From Promethearchaeota archaeon (GTDB lineage: Archaea > Asgardarchaeota > Hermodarchaeia > Hermodarchaeales > Hermodarchaeaceae): a DNA stretch of 64,000 bases. A program made the translations under genes and the position numbers. The notes under the pieces are model-generated. The model made no database searches, was not told the origin of the DNA, and saw only the letters and a list, made by a program, of their open reading frames with translations. Positions 57,695 through 64,000 of this stretch are shown here, in pieces. Each line of letters starts with the position of its first letter. The first letter of the stretch is position 1. The DNA lies in the NCBI GenBank assembly GCA_048939625.1, contig JBHLPH010000005.1:1-64000 (forward strand), in the 5' to 3' direction.

Positions 57695-59116
57695 ATGAAA
57701 ATCGGTGTTATCTTCATGGCGGGAGTGATTGACCATCCATTGATTCAACTCGTTAATCAGATTGTCGCTAGAACACGTCCCGTTGATGAGCAAGCTAGAA
57801 TTAAGCAGCGATTATTCGACATCGTACTGTATATCAAACGGGTCGAAGGACACGAACTGACCCGTGAAGAAAAGGATTTTATCACGCACCACAAACTGGG
57901 TATGTGGGATTTCGCACCTTCGAAAGAGTTAGCAGAGGGTCTACGAGATCGAATCCGGATTATCGATGAGTATCAAATAGAATCAGCTTTTCGCATTCAT
58001 GAAATGCTTGAATATGGATTTGAAATAACTTCTTCTCGTACCCTTACAACAAGCCAAGTGTCAATTCTACAAGAACTTGTGAAAGACCCAATGATGAACG
58101 TGTCCCAATTAAGCAGACGGTTAGGTAACTCGCGGAATTTCATTACAAAGTCACTCCGCGAAATGGAAGAGCACTTTGCACTTCGTCGGACCTATGTCGC
58201 AAACCGCGGAAAGCTCAAGTTCACTCTTTTCTCCTTATTCTTTCGTACAAAATCATTTAACGAATCAAAAGCTCTTGAATCTTGGGTCCATAAATCAACC
58301 CCTTTATTCCATACAACCTTAGTTTTTGATGTGACTTTCCGGAATGGTATACTTGGGTTTGCTATACCTTCCCAACAACGGGCTCATCGCCTTTTCGAAC
58401 GCCGTGTACGACGGTTAGAACAGCAATATTTCGAGAGAACCCACTTGCACAAAGGTTTGGAACAATATTGGAATATCCGATTTGATAACTACGACTCCAA
58501 TACAGGCCAATGGCTGATACCTTTTGAATTTGAGAATCTGTATGAATTTCAAGCTTCGAACCAAACAAAAAGCGTGGCACTAACATACTGTTCCTATGCG
58601 GATCTAAGAGAAGCGGCCTATTTCGACCACATTGACTTGCTTCTCACACGAGCAAAAATCAATGTGAAAAACACCATTGCAGATATCCAATCTTATCTTT
58701 CCCAATATCATTATAACTTATCTCATAATGCAATTTCTCAACGACTAGCTCGGTTACGCGAGGAAGAGGTCATATTTCCTCATCTATATTTTAGTGGCGC
58801 AGGAATTGAAGAATTCATCGCACTAAGCATAATCTGTAATTCAAAAACTCAGAAAGAGCTGCAATTACTGGCTTCCTATTTTCCACTCTCTTTCACCTAT
58901 ATAACACAACAAGGCATAACGATTTTTGTCAAACGACCTACTGGATGGCGAGAATTTTTCACCAAGTTCATTCATGACCTTCCTTCAGTCTTTGACATCC
59001 AAGAATTAATGGTAGTCTACCAAGAGAGAAATTATGGAAGTGGACTTCGTGATCCAGTATATAATCGTTGGAATGAAAAGCGCCAGTATTGGGAGTTTCG
59101 AGAAACAGAAATTTAA
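57695..59116 (+). CDS. Large regulator with two Lrp/AsnC-like wHTH + RAM-like units
   Basis: ILQELVKDP...SQLSRRLG.SRN.I HTH; second HTH LSHNAISQRLARLREEEVI; ends WNEKRQYWEF. Confidence 0.65.
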   Translation: MKIGVIFMAGVIDHPLIQLVNQIVARTRPVDEQARIKQRLFDIVLYIKRVEGHELTREEKDFITHHKLGMWDFAPSKELAEGLRDRIRIIDEYQIESAFRIHEMLEYGFEITSSRTLTTSQVSILQELVKDPMMNVSQLSRRLGNSRNFITKSLREMEEHFALRRTYVANRGKLKFTLFSLFFRTKSFNESKALESWVHKSTPLFHTTLVFDVTFRNGILGFAIPSQQRAHRLFERRVRRLEQQYFERTHLHKGLEQYWNIRFDNYDSNTGQWLIPFEFENLYEFQASNQTKSVALTYCSYADLREAAYFDHIDLLLTRAKINVKNTIADIQSYLSQYHYNLSHNAISQRLARLREEEVIFPHLYFSGAGIEEFIALSIICNSKTQKELQLLASYFPLSFTYITQQGITIFVKRPTGWREFFTKFIHDLPSVFDIQELMVVYQERNYGSGLRDPVYNRWNEKRQYWEFRETEI

Positions 59117-59177
59117 TGACACCCAGATGGGGCATTCGTTGGAGGTGAATGCCCTGGTGCATATCTGGGTGTGGTGC

Positions 59178-59450
59178 CTAATCGCGGCCAATTATTCTAA
59201 GCTCAACCCCCCGTGTTGGCTCAGATGGCACGATGGTTATGGAATCTGGTTTGGTAACACCAAAATCCCGTGCTAATGCGAGAACGAGGAGATTGCACAC
59301 TGCGGCGAGATGTCGTGAAATTTCACGTTCAGAGAAACGATCTACGCAGAAGTGACGAACTTTACTCTCGGATACCTGGAGTCCTTCTTCGGTGAAGGAT
59401 AAAGTAGGTTCGGTTCTTTGAGGTTCATGGGCGGGAGTGTCGTTCGTCAT
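59178..59450 (-). CDS. Small hypothetical protein divergent from the second double-HTH regulator
   Basis: 90-aa ORF with a GTGA RBS-like site and upstream TTATAA. Confidence 0.5.
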   Translation of the reverse strand: MTNDTPAHEPQRTEPTLSFTEEGLQVSESKVRHFCVDRFSEREISRHLAAVCNLLVLALARDFGVTKPDSITIVPSEPTRGVELRIIGRD

Positions 59451-59797
59451 CCAGTATCACAGTCTCATCATGCATTAGGCTAGCTGGAGAAAGAGGAGGG
59501 ATAACAGACCAATATAGAATCTTTCTCCATTACTGACCTCATACCCGATGCTTATAAGACGGAGAAAAGGGCAACCAACGTACCTTATTTTAGAAATCCC
59601 CAATGAAGCAGGCTAGAAACGATTGTGAGGCGCTACTAATCGGGTTTTTTTCGATTTGAAGCGAATTCTTATCGGTTTAGTAGTTGAAAAAAAGAAGCCT
59701 TTAGCGAAAGATGTGACCGGGGCATCCGATTTGAACCATTTTTTCTTTTGAATCCCCACACTTATATTAAAACGAAGAAAATGAGTGGCGAACTGGA

Positions 59798-61198
59798 ATG
59801 GATGACTACAAGAAAGCTCTCCTAGAATGGTGTCAACAGATTATTGAGGCAATTCACGATAAACCGGCTAAAGAAAATCTGGTAAATCTCCTAAACCAAT
59901 TGATTATTTACCAATTTCGTGTTCGAAAACTACCTTTGCCAGATTTCAAACCACTTAAACCAAGCGAATTTGATGCTGAGTCTATTCCCATCTCTCTTGA
60001 AGTTGCTGCGGAAATAGATGCCCGTTTAGAACTCCTTGCTAGTTATCAATTAGGAGAGGCTCAAAGAGTTATAGAACTCCTTATAGCAGGACTACAAGTT
60101 GAGCAGCCTCCTTTATTCAGCTCTAATCAAATAGACTTAATTTCAATGCTTTTTCAGGAACCAGAAATAGGAACTGTGAAGCTAGCAGAGAAACTTGGAG
60201 TAAGCCCACGGACGGTGAACAAACAGAAAACTGTGCTATTCTCCCAATTCGGAATACGGATTGCTGAAATGTTTGATCCCCATCAACTCGGTTTCACCCA
60301 TATTGGGCTGAGGTTTCGAACACATTCACTTCAAGCTTCGCAGGAGCTCAAGGATCGCATATTTCAGGAATCTACTTCATCAGGAGCACTTCCGTTTATC
60401 CAAGGAGTATCCTTTGATATTAACCAACAAGACGGTTTCCTCTCCCTCTATTGCCTAAACCAAGTGAACGCAAGAAAATCGTTGGATGTGCTTATCAAGG
60501 AATTCACAGAGTCATTCTTTGAGGAATATGAGGACTACACAATCCTTGGGTTTTACACAAATGTGAACCTTGACAGTTATGACTATGTTTCGAAATCTTG
60601 GCAAATTATATCGGATTTACGGACGGAAGGTACACGGAGATTCCTTGAAGAGCATGGTCCACAATTCACCCCCCCGAGAGGTTTTATCTATCAAACCAAG
60701 AGGTTTGAATTCAACCAAGCGGATTGGCTCCTCCTTCTCAGTATCTGTCAGGGATTTCTTAAAAGAAAGGAACGGAAAGTCATGCTAGAAGGTTATGGAT
60801 TTCCATTGGCTGAAAAAACAGTTTGGGCTCATGAAAATCGTCTTCGGAAAGCACAGATACTCTTCCCCTATTTAGCGTTTAGCCCCATGTTGTTGACCGA
60901 AATCGTTTGCATCCCAATCAAATGCGAACGAATGACATTTGACTTTCTTCAACAATTCAGCACCCAATTTGCTACGAGTCGCCTTCTCCCAACCAAAGAT
61001 GGAATGATTCTCTTTATTGGAGTCCCCACGTGGGCATCCAGTCTTACACATCAACTCACCCATACCCTTCTCGATATGCCTGGCCTGCAAGATGTCACAG
61101 TTCTCCGATTGAAACGTGATATTCCACAGATTCCTTCAATTCATACGTATCAGCTCTGGAACCCAGCAACCCAAAAATGGAAAATTTCAGATAGGTAG
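59798..61198 (+). CDS. Large double-wHTH (Lrp/AsnC-like) regulator, distant paralog of 57695..59116
   Basis: LAEKLGVSPRTV HTH; LAEKTVWAHENRLRKAQIL; ends WNPATQKW. Confidence 0.65.
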   Translation: MDDYKKALLEWCQQIIEAIHDKPAKENLVNLLNQLIIYQFRVRKLPLPDFKPLKPSEFDAESIPISLEVAAEIDARLELLASYQLGEAQRVIELLIAGLQVEQPPLFSSNQIDLISMLFQEPEIGTVKLAEKLGVSPRTVNKQKTVLFSQFGIRIAEMFDPHQLGFTHIGLRFRTHSLQASQELKDRIFQESTSSGALPFIQGVSFDINQQDGFLSLYCLNQVNARKSLDVLIKEFTESFFEEYEDYTILGFYTNVNLDSYDYVSKSWQIISDLRTEGTRRFLEEHGPQFTPPRGFIYQTKRFEFNQADWLLLLSICQGFLKRKERKVMLEGYGFPLAEKTVWAHENRLRKAQILFPYLAFSPMLLTEIVCIPIKCERMTFDFLQQFSTQFATSRLLPTKDGMILFIGVPTWASSLTHQLTHTLLDMPGLQDVTVLRLKRDIPQIPSIHTYQLWNPATQKWKISDR

Positions 61199-61466
61199 GT
61201 TCTTTCAGCACACTCAGGTTCACAATCGGATTTTCCTAAAAAATGGTAATGTCGTAATCGGTGACTCATGATTAGCAGCTTCTTTCATTTGGAGCAACGC
61301 AAAACATTACACTGCGACAGGGGTTCTTTAAATACCTCGAAGCGGTCCTCTTAGTGCTTGTAATCAAAAGCCTGCCCTATTACATAATTCAAGCAAAAAG
61401 AAAACGCTAGTTTCTCCGAGGTTCAACCATCTAGCTAGAATGATTGTATTCAATTTCGCTGGAATA

Positions 61467-61844
61467 TCAAATTAATCCTATTAACCAATTCCACCCAAAC
61501 CACACCATGAGAATATTGAAGACAACTCCCACAATGATCAGAAATCTGTCATAGTATCCACGATAGGACCGCAGCCCTGCGAGATTGACCATTAAGAGTA
61601 TGATAGCAAAGATGATATTCAACCAGCCAATCACCGGATTGGGTAACACCAACGACAGGAAGAGCATGATTATGGGAACCAACATGAGCAAAGTGGCAGC
61701 AAATCAGGTTCGCTGTGTCGCTTTCTCACCAGCCATTTCACCCGTTACAAAATCACCGCTAAAGATCCGCAGCACATCTCCTAATAAATAAATGAACATC
61801 AGGCTAATCCATAATGCTGCAAGAATAATACGTACATCTTCTAT
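61467..61844 (-). pseudogene. DUF6326-like membrane protein pseudogene
   Basis: After a GGTGA RBS the start reads ATA (61844); EDVRIILAALWISLMFIYLLGDVLRIFSGD...TQRT-TGA(61706-61704)-FAATLLMLVPIIM continues in the same frame. Confidence 0.75.
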
Positions 61845-61923
61845 ATTTCAATCACCATAGCTTTTGTAAGAACAGTTTCTTCCTGTACAACTGCTCTCCT
61901 TTTAATATTCAGTGTGTTGAACC

Positions 61924-61951
61924 AAAAAAAGTGGTGCAAAAAAAGCACCAC
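61924..61951 (-). terminator. Intrinsic-terminator-like hairpin with T7 tract
   Basis: Minus strand reads GTGGTGC-T7-GCACCAC-TTTTTTT. Confidence 0.65.
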
Positions 61952-61952
61952 A

Positions 61953-62205
61953 CGATAGCGGGATGGGGCGTCCTAGAACGAGGACATAAAGGAGGAGAGG
62001 GGGAGAGGGGAATGAAAGACACAGGGAAGGAGACCCCATCCTATCGCCGTAGTAGTGTCGTTTTACCTCGTTCGGTGTGTTGTGTGTGGAGAACTGTGTT
62101 CCATGACGAGGTGGAGTTAGGGTTGGAAAGAGTGCTTTCTTCAAGTGAAAGCGCTTGTGTTGTGCTCTATTCCACCTCGGGGAACTCCCGTTATCCAACT
62201 GGATA
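61953..62205. ncRNA. Candidate ~250-nt structured non-coding RNA (unclassified)
   Basis: Nested stems CGATA/GGATGGGG..CCCCATCC/TATCG, CGAGGTGGA..TCCACCTCG and GAGTGCTTTC..GAAAGCGCTT, lying between TTTAAA (62220) and the terminator. Confidence 0.35.
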
Positions 62206-62301
62206 TAGGTTATACTGAATTTAAAACGTTTCCTTTTACTGTTGGAGTTTTTTCCGTAAATCAGAGTAGATTCGGAAAAAATGACTGAACAGCATGTTAC
62301 C

Positions 62302-64000
62302 TCAGGAAGTGTTCCGAGCTCTTCTGCGGAAGACGAGAGCAAGTGAAATAGTTAAGGTAAAGCCAATGATGATGGAGAGAAGAGGAAATCCAGGGATACC
62401 AGGTGGGGGAGGGGTCCAAGTCGAATCTTGAAATGTGACACGGAAGGTGATAGAAGCGGCATTACCATAGGGATCAAATGCTGTGACGTTCAGTCCAAAC
62501 GTTACTCCAGTAGCGCCTGTTGTACTTTCGAGAAGGCCTAAGTTAGATATTTCAAAATTAGATGTATCATTGACCAGCCAGTCGGTAATTCCAGAACGGT
62601 CGGTGGCATTAAGCCGGAGAACGAGTCCGAGGCCATATTCGACGATTTGATCTTCGGGGATGTTTAACCAAGTTGGAGCGATTGTATCGCGTATTTGGAA
62701 TTGAAAGGTGCTTGAGAGGATGAGCCCACTGGAGTCGTTAACGTGAACTTCGACTCCGTAGTCTCCAACCGCTAGTGAGGTTGTGTTTTGAATCAGTCCT
62801 GTGCTATCGATGGCGAAGTTGGTAGTATCATTGATCCACCACGTATCAACGGGATTAATGGAAAAGGTGCTGAGTTGGTAAGAGCACAAATCTCCAAATT
62901 CGATTTGTTGATCTGTAGGAAGGTCAGTCCATTCGAAAGGAAGATGGCCTGGAACTAGGTCAAAGGCTTCGAAGAGGTATTCACCAATGTCCGTTAGATG
63001 AGAGAAGGTGGGAAGAACAGTTGTGGTGTTGTGATAGACAAATACGGGTACTGGGGCGTCAGTATGATAGGTATCAGTGAATTGGTATTGCAACACGGGA
63101 TTAGTCATGTTGACCCAGAGACCACCGCATTCATGATCAGCGGTGACAATCAGGAGGGTACGGTTATTTTGCTGGGTGTACTCATAGGCAACTTGAACAG
63201 CTTCGTCGAAGGCAATGGTTTCGCCGATAGTGTGATTGATGTGCCAATCATGACAGGCGTGGTCAATCCGACCACCTTCGACCATGAGGAAGAATCCGGT
63301 TGAGCTCCGATCAAGGAATTGCAATGAAATGTTGGTCATTTCTTTCAGATGGGGTTCGATGAGAGGGTTGCGATCGTATTCGTAATTCATATAGTAATCA
63401 GTAAATAACCCGAGTAGGTAATCGGCACTTGCACTCGCAATCATGTCGTTTCGATTTTGCACAATCGTGTACCCAAGGCTAGTCGCTGTTGCTAGTTGAG
63501 AAGAGTAGTATTCGAGTCCCCCACCAAGGAGTACCTCAATGTCCTTGGTAATTTGTTGTTGAGCGATTGTATATTGATCATTGCGATTTGGGACATGTGA
63601 CGAAAAGGGAGCTGGTGTTCCATGCGTAAGAGTAGTGGTTGTCACTAAACCTGTGGCTTTATCTAACGCTTCAGCGGCTTCTAGAATCGTGGTCAACTTT
63701 TCACCAGTCGGTAACATAGCAACCATATTGTTGTTCGTCCGATTCCCGGTTGCGAGAGCTGTTGCAGCGGCAGCAGAGTCAGTCACTGAACTATCCAAAG
63801 AATACGTTTCGATATCGCCAAGGTACGACAATTCTTCCATAGTTAAATTTCCGGATGTTCCCAACCATTTCTTGGTAGCATTAATTTGTCCCCAGCCCAT
63901 GCCATCTCCAATCATCAAAATGACGTTCTCAAAAGGCGCATCAGGAGATGCAGGTGCAAGAAGAACATTTTGGCTAACCTGGGCCATTGGAGTGATCACA
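62302..64000 (-). CDS. phoA: Cell-surface alkaline phosphatase with Ig-like stalk and IPGF sorting signal (5' end probably beyond the window)
   Basis: NVILMIGDGMG, VTDSAAAATA (catalytic Ser), THGTP, VEGGRIDHACH, TADHE; ends IPGFP-TM-RRR. Confidence 0.88.
   Translation of the reverse strand, partial: VITPMAQVSQNVLLAPASPDAPFENVILMIGDGMGWGQINATKKWLGTSGNLTMEELSYLGDIETYSLDSSVTDSAAAATALATGNRTNNNMVAMLPTGEKLTTILEAAEALDKATGLVTTTTLTHGTPAPFSSHVPNRNDQYTIAQQQITKDIEVLLGGGLEYYSSQLATATSLGYTIVQNRNDMIASASADYLLGLFTDYYMNYEYDRNPLIEPHLKEMTNISLQFLDRSSTGFFLMVEGGRIDHACHDWHINHTIGETIAFDEAVQVAYEYTQQNNRTLLIVTADHECGGLWVNMTNPVLQYQFTDTYHTDAPVPVFVYHNTTTVLPTFSHLTDIGEYLFEAFDLVPGHLPFEWTDLPTDQQIEFGDLCSYQLSTFSINPVDTWWINDTTNFAIDSTGLIQNTTSLAVGDYGVEVHVNDSSGLILSSTFQFQIRDTIAPTWLNIPEDQIVEYGLGLVLRLNATDRSGITDWLVNDTSNFEISNLGLLESTTGATGVTFGLNVTAFDPYGNAASITFRVTFQDSTWTPPPPGIPGFPLLSIIIGFTLTISLALVFRRRARNTS

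Noticed and set aside
61704-61706. In-frame TGA as selenocysteine or TGA=Trp recoding
   Set aside because: The site is in a hydrophobic membrane protein whose start codon is also damaged, and TGA is a normal stop for many intact genes here (e.g. 12895, 24159, 28866)
61902-62342. 146-aa minus-strand and 95-aa plus-strand ORFs
   Set aside because: No recognisable motifs, low-complexity composition, overlap with the phoA-like 3' end or the terminator; better explained as structured non-coding DNA
126-63303. Numerous 60-150-aa ORFs overlapping longer genes in the track
   Set aside because: Antisense or alternate-frame shadows of well-supported CDSs, with no motifs or RBS support

Overview
Gene-dense archaeal chromosomal window. 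GGTGA/GAGGTGA ribosome-binding sites, TATA-like promoters, a CdhE/AcsC corrinoid Fe-S protein, IPGF-TM-RRR C-terminal sorting signals, a giant Ig-repeat surface protein and ~470-aa double-wHTH regulators suggest an Asgard archaeon (Hermod/Thor-like); this assignment is inference. No rRNA, tRNA, CRISPR array or transposase was recognised. The left half is rich in xenobiotic/genotoxin-handling genes: GNATs, GyrI-like proteins, a BtrH-like protein, a four-ABC-domain UvrA-like ATPase, an AlkZ-like glycosylase and an ANT(6)-like nucleotidyltransferase. The best candidate for an undescribed system is a minus-strand run (30.6-38.0 kb) encoding a PEP-synthase-type dikinase split into a free phospho-His domain and a free ATP-grasp domain, followed by a nine-PAS protein with no output domain, a 388-aa orphan, an AttH/CrtC-fold enzyme and a truncated phosphatase. 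Two densely structured non-coding regions (10.97-11.14 kb and 61.92-62.21 kb) are candidate regulatory or non-coding RNAs. Several gene-decay scars (deletions, Trp-to-stop changes) and a ferredoxin missed by the ORF track were also found. All family calls come from motif recognition by eye, not database searches.
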